From: a virus | Taxonomy: Duplodnaviria > Caudoviricetes | Direction: 5' to 3' (one strand) | Length of the DNA: 64,000 nucleotides | Virus record (IMG/VR): IMGVR_UViG_3300001869_000005 | Coordinates: 33,973 to 97,972 of that record | In this document: positions 35,690-48,742 of the stretch, in pieces | Numbering within the stretch: the stretch's first letter is position 1 | How the letters are laid out: each line of letters starts with the position of its first letter | Translations under genes and position numbers: made by a program | Notes under the pieces: model-generated | What the model was told of the DNA's origin: nothing | The model's input: the letters and a program-made list of their open reading frames with translations, nothing else | Databases searched by the model: none

Positions 35690-37522
35690 TTATTTCTTCT
35701 TAGTATTTAATTTACCATCCATTGCTTTTTTAGTTGGTAGTGTACCAAATAGTCCTAGACTAGCCAAATATGCAATCATGTTTTTATCAATCTTTTCTTT
35801 ACCGAAATCTCCCAGACCTTCTACAAAATTATTAAGGTTGTTCATCTTAGCTCCTCTGGATTCTTGTCTAGCAGCAGCTTTCATTTGTGCTTTAGTCATA
35901 ATTGAGTTTTCTTTCATTCGAGTATTAATACCCTATTCCCAATTACTCTATTGTGCATTAAATTGATTAGTTCCCCTATTAAAATCAGCAGCCTGCATCT
36001 TTTGTGCCTAATTATATTCAGCGGCCTATCTACCCAATTTACCAAGACCTTCATTGTAAGAAGCATCTGCTCCTAATAGTCCGGCCATATAGGTAGCTCT
36101 ATTTCCCCCAGATAAATTCCTCATACTAGATCTTGTAGACGCTGCATTAGCGCCTAATTGATTAGTTAAGTAATTAGTATCTAAAGGTTTATAATTTACA
36201 TAGTCTCCTAATTTTTGACCACTAACACTTAAACTATCTAATCCTTGTAAATCTTTTACTGCAGAATAATCCGGTCGATTGGTTACTCCTAAAACATCAG
36301 TTAGACTTGCTAATCCAGATGCGGCAAGTGGAGCATATCTAAATAGATTATCTTGGTTTAAACCGTTAGATCCTTGAGTCTATTGAACACTCTGTTGAGC
36401 GCTTTGGTTTAATAAAGGTAAATCTCCTTTATTTGCAGTTAAATATGTATTAGCGTTATATACAGTGTTTGGGTCAAATCCAAACGGTTTTGTTTGAAAT
36501 TGATTTCTATCATTAAAAGGCAAAATAACTCCTGGATTAGTAATTTGTAAATTTGCTAAATTCTAATTAATTAACCCTCTTCCAAATAAACCACTAGGCG
36601 GGGTTCCAAAAGCAAAACTATTACTATTCTATTTATTCTACGCCTATTTTAGTATTTCCTAAGCCTGTTGTAACTTACCCATACTATCTTTTAAACCATT
36701 TTTACTTATAGGATCATTAGGTCTTTCAGAAGATTCTTTAGCATTCTTTTTAGCCTGTTCTGCAAATGTATTGTCTTTATCAACTCTTAATCTATTACTA
36801 AAAATATAATCTTTGAATTTGTATTCTCCTTCTTCTACAAGATTAGGTTTACCATTCTGCCCCATTCCCATAGGTACCCCACCAAGAGGATTCTATTCGT
36901 GAATACCTCCAGCATTAATCTCTATGCCTCCATTACCAAATTCACCACCATGTGTGGCTTGATTGGGTAAATTTGAGTATAAGTTTCCACCTTGGTCATA
37001 GAGTTTGCCTCCACCTGCCAATGATTGTGCTAATGAATTATTAAAATTATTCTAACCAATAGTATCTATTTGAGTATTAAATGCTTGTGTCTATTGATTT
37101 CTTAACAATCGTTCTTGTTCTTTCTTCTTATTATTTCCAAATATAGAAGTAAGTCCTCCAGATAAACCTCCCAATACACCCCCTATTGCAGCACCCCAAG
37201 GACCAAATGCCATTCCAGCACTTGCTCCTGAAGCTGCCCCACTCAATGCAGATCCTCCTGTATTAGTCTTTTGGATTTCTACAGGAGTATAATTCTGCAT
37301 CTAAGTCATTAACTGTTCATTAGTAGAAGCAGTTATTGGTTGATTCTATACTTGTGGCACATTAAGATTATTTATACCTTGTCCTAAAAGAGAACCTATA
37401 CCTCCTACAGCACCACTAATTGCTCCACTCCTTTGAGAAGTATTCATTGTTTTCCAACTACCTCCTAAATCAAAAAAATTATAATCTTTTGATTTTCTTA
37501 TATTTTTCTTTTTTGTTGTCAT
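35690..37522 (-). CDS. virion cargo protein with glycine-zipper helices (crAss001 gp45-like, code 15, ~610 aa)
   Basis: fragments 35690, 36659, 37091 in frame; GASAGMAFGPWGAAIGG zipper; GGIHE*NPLGGVP..NLVEEGE. Confidence 0.8.
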
Positions 37523-37538
37523 AATAATTAATTATATA

Positions 37539-37570
37539 CAAATATAAAAAATAATTTTTAATTATACAAG
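37539..37570 (-). promoter_or_regulatory. Bacteroidota sigma-A type promoter
   Basis: CTTG-N20-TATATTTG in intergenic gap before cargo genes. Confidence 0.7.
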
Positions 37571-37608
37571 TATTTATGTAAAATAATAAGTATTAGTAAA
37601 TAAAACAC

Positions 37609-40600
37609 TTATACATTATAATATATGTTTATATCATGTAGTACAGTTTCTAAGTTATTAGTACCATCTGATTCTAATTTCATATAGGCCCAATTTCCTC
37701 TAAGTCTATCTAATCCAGCGGGATGCACATTTAAAGGTTGCATAGGATCACCACCATTAGCAACTAAATAATTATTACTTGTTACTCTGGGTATAGGACT
37801 TCTCCAAGCTCTAAACTTTTCTTTTAAATTAGAAGGTATACCATTATTTACCACGAAAGTATGATTTCCTGATTGATATTCATTCCAAACACTTAATTTA
37901 GTAAAGTCTACAACTCTTTGTAAAGTTCTAGCAGGATTTCCTCCTATAGGACTATTATCCCAACTATCTGCTCTAAATTCAATCGTATTAAATACTTTAT
38001 TTAAAGTTGGGTTAGGATTCACAATTAAAGTTGTATAAAATGGACTTGCTGTAGTATTATCATAAAACTAATTATAATTTCCAGTATTATGTTTCCATAA
38101 TTTTGTAACTGTATTGTTTATGTCTCTTCTAATAGAATATAATGAATCCCACATATTTACTATGTAAGGAGTCTTTTCATAATTAAAAAAGGAAGTGAAC
38201 TATCCTATTAATTCAGAAAAACACAAGGCTGTTGTTTCACCAACAAAATAAACATCTTTGTTTACTTTATCATAATGTCCTGTAAAGTTCTTATAATCTT
38301 TTGGATTCCAAGAAAGTAACTCTGTAAAATTAGTTCTACTCCAAGATCTAAATCCAAGTTTATCTGATAAGTTGATTATCTAATCACTAATAAGATTAAT
38401 TGATTTATTTATATCGTCTATAAAGTATAATCCATTGGGTGTTTCAACAATACTATATTTATTTGATGTTCCTATATTAGATGATACATATCTTACACCA
38501 TCTACCTAACCACTATTTGCAAATTCAATCGGGAATCCATCAGATGCGTTTACCTATACTCTACTATTGTACAGTAACTTAAATATACCTTTATCCTAAA
38601 ATCCCACTAATTCATTATTGAATGATCTAATTGCTCTTATGGGGCCATATTTCCCATTAGCATCAAATGTATTAATCATATCAATATTAGTCCAAGTATC
38701 TGTCAATTCACCTGCAATTTTTTTAGCAGTCCAAGTGAATGTATTTGGAAAAGTATCTAAAGAAAATAATTCATAATTTAATCCCCTATAGATAAAGTAA
38801 TTATCTTTTTGACTATAAATAGGATTTAATAGATTTGTATTTAAAGGAGTAATGAATCTATTGTCCACCTTACCCCTATTGTTATCGGTTCTTGCATCTA
38901 GATTGATTCTAGTTTCACACAAGAACGATACTATTTCAGTCATGGTCTAGACATCATCTATACTATATGGGTAAGTTCTAATACAATCATATCTCTGTAT
39001 ATAGGTATCCCCAGCAGTGTAATTAATGGTCAAAGTTGTCAAAGCACTGTTATTAGCATCTACTAACGACACAACCTCTCCACCAACTTCCCAGGAGTTT
39101 GATTCAAAAGCGGATTCACTTTTACCCCCAAATATTGTATTGATATTAACAGTTCTAGTTAATTCTCCCAACCATACTCCGCCACCTAATATATTAGTAT
39201 TTGCCACAGTAATATCTGACTATTCTATACTTTCAGTACAACCCTCTTTATAAAATAATTCACCCGCAACTGCTTTATTTACACCATTTAATGCAGGTAA
39301 AATTACTTGTGTACCATTTGACTGCCAATTAAAATTAATAACAGCGTGTGGCGCAGATTTGTATTTCATGGCCACATTGTCTTGATATAGATTTGGTGTC
39401 CAAACCATTAATCCTGTTTGTGTATTACTCTAATAAGTAGATGTATTATTTGTTGGATAAGCGGCAAATTTATAAAAACCAACAATACCACCAATTGTGG
39501 GTAAAATTATTTTATTAATATTAGCCTAATAGTTATAATCTTCTAATCCTGAATGAGCCGGAGACTCTAAACTTATTACAACTTCTTCATTAGACGTAAA
39601 TAATTTAGGAACAGCAATTCCCTCTGTAAATGTGAAGGGGTTTACAAGATATGTATTTGCTGCAGAAAATCTTAAATTAGAGGTGTGCTTAGACGTCATT
39701 ATAGGGGCACCCGTTTGAGTAATAGGACTATTATTGAAAGGTCTTGTGGCCTACCAGGGAAACACAACAAAATTAGCATATGGAGTATTTCCTCCATTAT
39801 ACATACCATCATACCACATAGGAGTGGCTGCACAAACATTTATTCCTTTTGTTGCACTTATATTGAATTGTTTAATAGAAGGATTTACAAATCCTATACA
39901 TCCCGGATCAACAGCGTCTGTAGGTGTTACACTTGTATTAGATATAAATCCCGTCAAATGTGTCAATCCTACAATATTTAAATTTAAATCATCCAATCGC
40001 ATATTCCATAAACTTTCATCAAATTCTATTTCAGGTGAATTAAATGTAACTGTACTCGAATCCACTATAAACGCATCTGAATATTTCTCTATTAATGCGG
40101 TTTTTGTAGCTCTCGTTGGATCGGCATTATTTGTTGGCGCAATATACGGTGTTAATGGATAACTTATAGAATTATACACAGGATTACTGTGGCGAAAATT
40201 CTCAATTTCAGCACCTCTCGACAATGTATCATCTGGATATACCAAAGCTGGATTTACACCTGATATACTCCTATTATGTCTAAACTCCACAAAACCTCCC
40301 TCAAGACTAGCGTGAACATCATCTCCAAAATCACTTACTAAAGTAGTTGGTACCATTGGTCTTAAAAACCACGAAGACATTGCTGATGGGGAATTAGTGG
40401 CCCTATCCCCAATCTAATAAACTGTAGGATTTAATATTCCTTGAGCAACAACTCTTCGTTCTGTTAAAGATGGGTATACAATTAATCCTCTTGCTTTAAC
40501 ATAACCTGCGGATACTAACGTACTTATTAATGTATAATCATTTAATATATAACTTGCTTTAGATCCACTTATAGCAATATTAAAATTACTTCCACTTGTT

Positions 40601-42270
40601 ACTTTAGTTGTAGTTGGTTGAACTGTATTGTATGCATCTGAAATCCAAATCGCTTCAGACCACTTGCCAGTTTCGTGTTGGAACTAAATACCAAATCTAT
40701 ACCATTCACCACACTTTAGTGTCTTAGCATCAAAATCACTGTGGTCAAGTGTTCTAGAAGGTTCATATGGGTAGTGTGATGTGTTATTTAATATGGTTGT
40801 TTCCATACTAGAAACTAATGCCTTTGTAGAAAAAGTAATAGAATTAATATTGTTTACTTCTAATATATCCTTAACCGTAGAATTATTTACTACTAAACTT
40901 CCAGCAGTATCCACCACCAATTGTATATTACCTAAGAAAAGGGTATTATCTTTTTGACTAATTGTTTCGGCAACAATCTTTTCACTACCCGTATATAACA
41001 ATCCGGTAGAAGTCTGAGTCTCCCCTATACTGTTTGTATCTATAAATGTACTCTAAGAAGTTATTATAGATGTGGGGTAAGTTCCAAATATTAAATCTCC
41101 AACAATATTGTCTAAAATTACTTGGTGATATACTAATATTTCAGTTTTGGTTGTTCCATCAAAGTAGATTAATTCAATTGTCTCTCCTAAAGACTAGTCA
41201 TTATCTATTGATATAAAGGTTGTTCCATCATGCACTGTAGTAGTTATAGGAGAAGTATATTTAACCCATCCATTTGTAATACTAATTGGGACTCCAGTAG
41301 GGTCTAAATTTGGCGTACCTTCTACTGTTACATAAGTGTTTATATTCAAATCAAAATTTCCCTATATCCATATTGTTTCATTGGGTGCAAATATATGTGT
41401 AAAAATATCTTCAACTGGGATTGGTTCAAATTCTGAAAAATTTATATTCTTTACTGCAAGATCCTATACTTTTCTAATTACAGGTGTACTATTAATACTT
41501 GTTCTTATAATAGAATAAATTCTAACATAATTAAATGTATCATCTAAATTATCTAAACTTATATTAAAAGAATTCTCTACAGTAGAATCTGCAGTCTATC
41601 CTGTAACATCATTGGATAAGTAATACAAAGGAGAAGTATAGAATATATTAGTTTCTACCCCATATTTATTTACATATGAAAAAGCATATTGAATTACCCC
41701 AGCAGGAAAAGTTCCACCAGAATTATTTTTAGTAATACTTACAGTTTCTTTTAATTCTAAAGTTGGAGTATAATCAAAAGATTTATAAGTAAATGTATCT
41801 GTAGATTTAATATTAATAAATCTCATTTGATTTTTTCCATCTGTCCAATATACTTTCTATATATTTTCATTTTCATAAAAAGGAATTGTTTCTATTGGGT
41901 GAGTAACATCAAAATTTAAATTTCCTTCAAATAATTTATCAACAGCTAAAGTATTAGGCGTTGTAGTATTAGTAAGACTATATATTCTATCGTAACCTAT
42001 ATTAGAACCATTTGTGGCATTCTAAGTTGTAAATAGTACCAGAGTATCATTCATTACACAATATCCGATAGGATAGCCTAAAATAGAAGTCTCTCCAGTT
42101 GTTGTTATTCCCTAAGTACCTCTTTCATTAGAGAGACTTAAAAAAGTATTACTATCTTTAGCAGTAATACGCATATTCATATTTTCAAAGGCAAACTTAG
42201 AATCAAAGGCTGATTCAGAAGTATCCCTCTACATTCCTATTGTTTTATAATTTGCTACTTGTATTGCCAT
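37609..42270 (-). CDS. tail muzzle / stabilisation protein (P22 gp10-like, crAss001 gp44-like; code 15, ~1553 aa)
   Basis: seven fragments in one frame; start ..GM*RDTSESAF..FENMNMRITA, YWTDG, GVIQYAFSY, C-terminal RLRG.WAYMKL. Confidence 0.85.
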
Positions 42271-42272
42271 AA

Positions 42273-42947
42273 TTATATTCTTTTACCTAATTCTCTAAAC
42301 CCCCGTTGATATTCATGTTTTCTTATAAGCATAGAAGAATACATATTATAGAATGATTCAGCCGTATCTAAATTGAGTCGATTGAATTCTGCTTGACAAT
42401 CACCGGCTGCAAAAGAATATTCTTGCTGGGTATTCTACAATACTCCAGGACTAATCTTACCCAAATCAAATAGAATAGTAAACCAACTCTTCTTTACAAA
42501 CAATTCTAATGCTCTAGTAAAACTACTGTTGTCTGGCAAAAGTGGATAACCTTCTTCGTCTGTAGAAATTGCTCTATAGGATAATTCTATAGTTCCTTCT
42601 TTTACAGTTGTGTAGAGAAGTGTTCCTTGAATCTTATAGGTTAAATCAGTGACTTCTTCAAGTTGATCACTCATATGGAAACTATCGGTGGATAGTCTAA
42701 ACATAAACATACCTTCTTCATTAATAAATCTAATTTGATTTATTTGATAGAAGTCGTCTGGTAAACTTGCTCTATAGTCTACAAGAGTTAATGTTGTTAC
42801 CTTTTCTTCAAACATAGAAGGAGTTCCCATCAATCGCATGAAGTTAACCGTCATATCTATAACCTACTCTAACGTAATGTCTTGTAACAAAGGATGCTGC
42901 ATTATACGATCCATTGTTGTTCTTATTGATGTTTGTTGATTAACCAT
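42273..42947 (-). CDS. tail ring protein (crAss001 gp43-like; code 15, 224 aa)
   Basis: MDRIMQHPLLQDITLE*; YRASLPDDFY, DEEGYPLLPD. Confidence 0.8.
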
Positions 42948-42951
42948 GTTT

Positions 42952-43494
42952 TTAATATTTATATAACAAAAAGGCGTCAATTAAACCCTCTTGTATGTTG
43001 TATTTTAATTTCTTTTTTAAATCTCTTGTTAGAGTGAACTTATAAAAACTTTTATTTTCGTAAGTTGCTCTATATTTAATATAGACCGCTTTATATAATT
43101 CCTTTGTTTCGTGTCTTAAAATAGTTTTATTTTCTCTGGCCTCCGCGTCCTCATACCAAAGTTTTAAAGTTTCATTCCAATTAATATGATATGATATACG
43201 TAATTTACCATCTTTTATTCTAGCAGAAGCAGGTCGTTTTAATACTTGTAAAGAACCCATTCTTTCTGGTAGTACAACTTGTTCTCCAATTAATAACGAT
43301 TCTCCTATTTTTTTATTAACCGCTCTAATTATTTGATAATATTGAGTTGATTCTAAAACCTCCTATTTTTTTGAATGGCAAAGTTTCATATAATATCTAT
43401 ACGCCTACTAAGCACCATATGAATGAGTAATCTTATATACTCTGGGTTCACTTACTTTTTTAATTTTTTTTATAAAATCTTCACAACTTTCCAT
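42952..43494 (-). CDS. IHF/HU-like basic protein of the crAss tail block (code 15, 180 aa)
   Basis: VVLPERMGSL, INWNETLKLW; tandem TAG TAG at 43405-43410. Confidence 0.65.
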
Positions 43495-43496
43495 AA

Positions 43497-44477
43497 TTAT
43501 TTCTTAACCTATATATTAGAAAGATCATCGGAGGCGTTATTGTCGTCGTCTTTAGGAAGATATTTAAACCCAGACAGTTCTTTAACGGTTAATTCTATTA
43601 ATGGAGAAATGAGTGCTTCTTCTATAGGAAATGTTTTATCCATTAAATCTGATACTGTTTCATCCTGTAGAGAAGCCGCTTCTATACAATCCTAAAATAT
43701 TGCTGTGAAATAAACTTTTGTTAGATCTAAAAAAGTTATAGAATTAGATTTAAAGTATAAATAAGTATCTGGGTTTATAGAACAATATATTGTATTTTCT
43801 AAAAATTTATTATATCCAACATACCGCATTCTATCTCTACTTACTAAAGCTATATCCCCTTTGTAATAATCTATTGGATATACTCTTGGATTTCCAATTT
43901 GCATTATATAGGGAATTTTATCTATAGTTTTTAAATATGTATCTCCCACTATTGTTTGTGGATAAATTGTATAAACATAAGATATTGGGGAATCCCCCTA
44001 GATAAATACAGGAACTTGTGTAAATAATTCTGTTGAAGTTACTATAATATTATTTCCAATTAATTGTGCCGTAAAAGAAGTATCTGTATTAATGCTACTA
44101 ACAATAAGGTCTTTAACAAATGATATATCTTGAACTTGTTCATAAGTAAGATCTAACGCAATAATATTATTTGAGCCAAAGCTTAAATATCCACAAAGAA
44201 GAACTCCTTCCCAAGAAGTAGTGGCCGTAATACCACTTAATCGTATTTCTATCCGTCTACAAGGAATGATAGGAATATACTGTTCTAAGTCTAGCGATAA
44301 TGTCTAATAATTACTTTCTGGCATTTGTTTTTTTATATCACTGTATCGTTGTTTTAATAGAAAAGATCTATACTTATTTAATAAAAACAGTACGTGATCT
44401 TCTGTATAATAACTATCGTCGGACATTAATTTAAGCTCGTCCAAAGCCATGTAAGTAAGTTCTCTAAAAGTACTCAT
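43497..44477 (-). CDS. tail ring protein (crAss001 gp40-like) with ~100-aa insertion (code 15, 326 aa)
   Basis: MSTFRELTYMALDELKLMSDDSYYTEDHV; RDRMRYVGYNKFL; DDNNASDDLS. Confidence 0.82.
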
Positions 44478-44514
44478 ATATTTTTATAGTTTTTGTTATA
44501 AATAATAAATCCCC

Positions 44515-44546
44515 GCAAGATAAGAAAAATATTTCTAATTTGCAAG
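44515..44546 (-). promoter_or_regulatory. probable sigma-A type promoter (variant -7 box)
   Basis: CTTG-N20-TATCTTGC upstream of ring gene. Confidence 0.5.
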
Positions 44547-44608
44547 GGAGTTACTATTTTATTTATAGTCTATTAGTTTTATTATTAGGAGTCAAGTAAT
44601 TAAACAAT

Positions 44609-44635
44609 TAAAGGGGGCCTTATGAGCCCCCTTTA
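44609..44635 (-). terminator. intrinsic terminator after auxiliary capsid gene
   Basis: TAAAGGGGGC-cttatga-GCCCCCTTTA. Confidence 0.75.
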
Positions 44636-44649
44636 TATTTTAAGATAGA

Positions 44650-45900
44650 TTAGACTCCTAGATGAGTAATCGTTAATCCTGTAGCTGTTTCAATTGCTCC
44701 TACTATACTATTAGCTAATACATTACTTGTAGCATTAGTGGATCCTACTTTGGGTACAACAATAGAAATATCTTTTTCAGATTTTTGAGCATCTTCACCA
44801 GTTCCATCATAGTAATAATGAATATCAATTACATTATATGCTAATGTGGGATCTACAAGATAAGTAGTTCTTATTACATTCGGGAAATGGATCATTCTAT
44901 ATTGATCACCTCGTTCACCCATTGCGAAGTATTCCAGATCAGCAATTTTCTTACCGTCTAAAACATAAGTAGTAGGAGAAAGTGTAGTTACAGTACCCCA
45001 GATAACTTCGTCACCACTCGCTACAATTGTTGTAGGTTGTATAGTAAAGTTTACAGGAACCTGTTCAAACACACCGAGAGTCCATTCTTGAGCAACTTCT
45101 TCAAGTACAATACCTGTAGTAGTTCCACTAATTAACACAACCGGCGTTGTTTCTGCCACAACTGCCGTTCCATCTATACCTGTAACAGTAACAAGAGCAT
45201 TGGCAGCAGCATCTGCAACAACAGCAGCCTTTAAATCTGCAATAGTAGCACCAGCAGCTGTAAGACTAACAGAAATTGCATTACCTGTAACAGTAACGGA
45301 AACAGCATCTTCTGCTACAGAATCAATGGTAAATGTAATAGCATTACCTGCAGTACCTACCTTATTAGCTGTAATAGTTACACCTGTATTAGTAACCATG
45401 GCTTTAGCAGCCTGTGTACCAGCCAAACTAAAAGACAACAACGGAGAAACCTCACGTTGAAAATTCTTTTCCAACGAACTTAACATTGTCTAATAAAATA
45501 CTTCAGCGGTCATACCTGTTATAGCATGAACAGCTCCATATTTGAAATATTGATCCTCTTCTGATAAACCAATATAATTTCTAAAAGCCAAACGCAGAAT
45601 ATAATCCTGCCCTGCAACAGGAGCACCACTATTAACGGTTGAACTCAAAGATAAATTATATTTCTTTAAAGCACTTTTAAGAGAATCTGCATCTGTAACC
45701 CTAATGGAAACAATTTTACTCTATTGGATTAAATCACTCCTGGTTTGTCCACCAGCCCCAAGGTATTGAAAGTACAAATGGGTTTTATCTGTATCAGTTT
45801 TTACAGCAATTGATCCTGCAGCATCTGTAGAAGCAACTGTTGATTTTAAAGCTTTGGCGACATAAACTTGTCGTACTTGATTAGTGCTAAAAGTAGCCAT
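44650..45900 (-). CDS. auxiliary capsid protein (crAss001 gp36-like) with sheath-like insertion (code 15, 416 aa)
   Basis: MATFSTNQVRQVYVAKAL; ADLEYFAMGERGDQYR; QKSEKDI. Confidence 0.85.
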
Positions 45901-45944
45901 AATTATAAATGTTTAATTAAACAATAGAAAATATTTGATTTGTG

Positions 45945-46658
45945 TTATTTTATTTTTGTTTGAAGTTTACTATTAAATGCTAATTCAACAGCTCTTTTTA
46001 AAATTTCCCTATGTAATATAGGATTCATTGTGCACTCTGTAATAATGCTTACCCCATTAATGGCTATACCTGTTGGAAGAGTTGTTAAAATAATCGGATT
46101 AGGTCTTTCTAAATAACGCGTTGTATATGACGCTATACCATATTTAGAAACCAATTCTACAGTAACAAGGTCTATATCTAATTTTAATACTCGTTTACTA
46201 TTAGGCCCTTTATAGGGATTATTCAATATTTTAAAATATTCATCCTATTTAACAGGAACAACAGAAGCTGTCTTACCATTTATATAAGACGGTGTATTAG
46301 TAGTATCAAATTTAACAGATTCATAAGTAGTAAACAGGGTTTCATTTGGTACTGTATAAAATACTGAATCTGGGGATACTCCAATTATTCCTGCAGTTTT
46401 AGTAGTTATAACAACTGTTTTTATAAAGTTGGCTAAATACTTTCTAGATTCTTCTGTATCCTCAAATGATTGAGAGTCTATATTATAACCATTATATAAG
46501 TTTCTAACCAAATCTTCTTGAACCTGTGTTAGAAATACAGACTTTTCATACTCATCTAAATTTATAGAAATATTACTAGTGGTACTACCAATAGGATTAA
46601 TAGTCCTATAACTGTCTAAGAGAGTATCAAATTCATCAGAAAATTCTTTAGTAGTCAT
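45945..46658 (-). CDS. tail ring protein (crAss001 gp35-like; code 15, 237 aa)
   Basis: two fragments joined at TAG 46245; LDEYEKSVFLT, ECxMNPILHREILxRAVELA. Confidence 0.85.
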
Positions 46659-47662
46659 TATTCTCCTCTTTGATTAAGTTGTACTGTACTTGTTAAATCT
46701 CCTATGTAAGCCGATTTAGCTAACTCAACAGCTCTGTCTAATACTTCTCTGTGCACAATAGGATTTAATTCACATTCTGTAGGAGTACTTACTCCATCAA
46801 TTGTCAATCCTGTATATACACCAGTAAGATCTACTAAGATTATTGGTTGCGGGCGTTTGATATATCTAACATTATAGGTAGCGTTAGATACAGTTCCACT
46901 ATGAGGAATTATTTCTACATTAGGTATACCCGCCGTTGCCCCATCTTTAATAAGCCTCCATACTTGATACTTTAACGGTTCCTTAAAAGGTTTAGACATT
47001 ACTCTATCATATTCTTGAAAATCTATTGGAATAACCCTGTAGGTTATAGAATTATTAGTATAAACCTCATTCAGAATTAAAAGAACATTGTTTGGTAATA
47101 CAAATATTTGTCCCCTTAAATCAAAAGGAGTTATAGTTGAACCAGTTCCTCCAGTTAATGCTGTGGGACCTGATGCCGTTATTGGAGCAGTTGTAATTAC
47201 TGTTTTTTCTACATTTAATAAATACCTTACAATACTATTAGTATTTAAGAGTGTTTTTATTGTTGTAATAGTTGCATTAGCTGCACAAGTTAATGTAATT
47301 GCTGTGCCTGTTACTGAAACCGCAGAAGAACCTATTACTGTAGTAATAGTGATACTATTACCAAGAGTACCTGCTTCTCTAGTATAAAAATAAATTCCCC
47401 CAATAGTTCCAAAAGCATTCACTCCTGTTACTATATCTCCAGATTGCATAATTAGTTCAGAAAAATCTATCTACCTCTTTGGGGAATCATCAAAACCTTC
47501 TTTATATTTATTACCGTTTGGGTTAAAATGATTGAATATAATTTCATTCTGTGCCTTAGTAAGGAATACAGATTTTTCGTATTCGTTTAATCCAGCAGCG
47601 GCATTGCTCATGATGTTGTTATACAGTACATCAAATTCGTTTGAGAATTCTCCCGTAGTCAT
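46658..47662 (-). CDS. tail ring protein (crAss001 gp34-like) with sheath-like insertion (code 15, 334 aa)
   Basis: EFSNEFDVLYNNIMSNAA.GLNEYEKS; DDSPKR*IDFSEL; ECELNPIVHREVLDRAVELAK. Confidence 0.85.
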
Positions 47663-47667
47663 AATTA

Positions 47668-48681
47668 TTATTTTAATTTAGCCTCAAGTAAGAATTTAAT
47701 ATCTTGCCGTTTTGGGCTGTTTAAATATTTTGCAGCTATGTTTAAAGTAGGTTCTTCATTGTGTTCACACAATGGAGAATTATCTTCCCTTAAATATAAA
47801 AAGTTACCCCTTTTAGAAACTAAACCCGCTTCGATACTTCTTGTAATCAAAACTTTAGTATTGAGTAATGGGTCAGTAACAACTTTAAGAAACAATTTAC
47901 TATCAGTCTAAATTAGATTATTAATTTTTGTATGCAAAGAATCTAATTTCTCATGTTGCGATAACGGCCTATTAGTCATTGTTTCCACAATTACTCTTAA
48001 TACATCTGCTTCTGTTTCAATTTTACCAAACTCTTTATAACAACGCATCGTAGTACTCATACTATCCTTAGCTGTTTTAGTTTCCTCTCCTTCTGTAATT
48101 ATAACAAACTGGTAGGTAGCTTTTGGATTATCCTATAAGGCATACAATGTTGGGGCAATTTCATTTTTATTAGACAAAAGAACTTTATATCGAATATAAT
48201 CATCTGGGTCCATTAGATTAAAATAATTATCTTGTTTGGTTAATCTAACCATGTAATTATCCCAATAATTATCTACTTTCCTATAGATACTCAAAGCATT
48301 ATACTCCAGTCCCATGATCTATTCCAGATAAGTTTTTTCGGAGTCTGTAAGTACATTAACATACATTCCTGAAGACAACCTCTGTACTGTAAAATATCTA
48401 AGGGCGTTCTCTGCCATTCCTCCAGAGAGAATATGTTTAGGATTTGGTCCTACCATTCCCCCTTCTTTAGGAATATGTCTTACTATAACACGTTCATTTC
48501 GCAAACAATTTATTAAAGGTTGCGATTCATTTGTTACGTTTTTTTGATAAGTCTTTTCAGACTTAACTGGTTCACTTTTTTGAATTTCTACAACAGGTAA
48601 TTCCTATTCGATGTCTAAGACATCAATAGCAAATTCTTGTCCCTTGTAATTTACTTTTTCTTCCACTTCTTTTTTTACCAT
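47668..48681 (-). CDS. conserved crAss capsid-module protein (code 15, 337 aa)
   Basis: fragments 47668, 48133, 48319 in one frame; ATG 48681 preceded by AGGAG. Confidence 0.75.
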
Positions 48682-48705
48682 TTTTCTCCTAAAATTTAAA
48701 AAAAT

Positions 48706-48734
48706 AAGGGAAGGGAGTAATTCCCTCCCCTTTT
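48706..48734 (-). terminator. terminator after major capsid gene
   Basis: AAGGGAAGGGA-gtaat-TCCCTCCCCTT with flanking A/T tracts. Confidence 0.7.
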
Positions 48735-48742
48735 ATTGTTTA

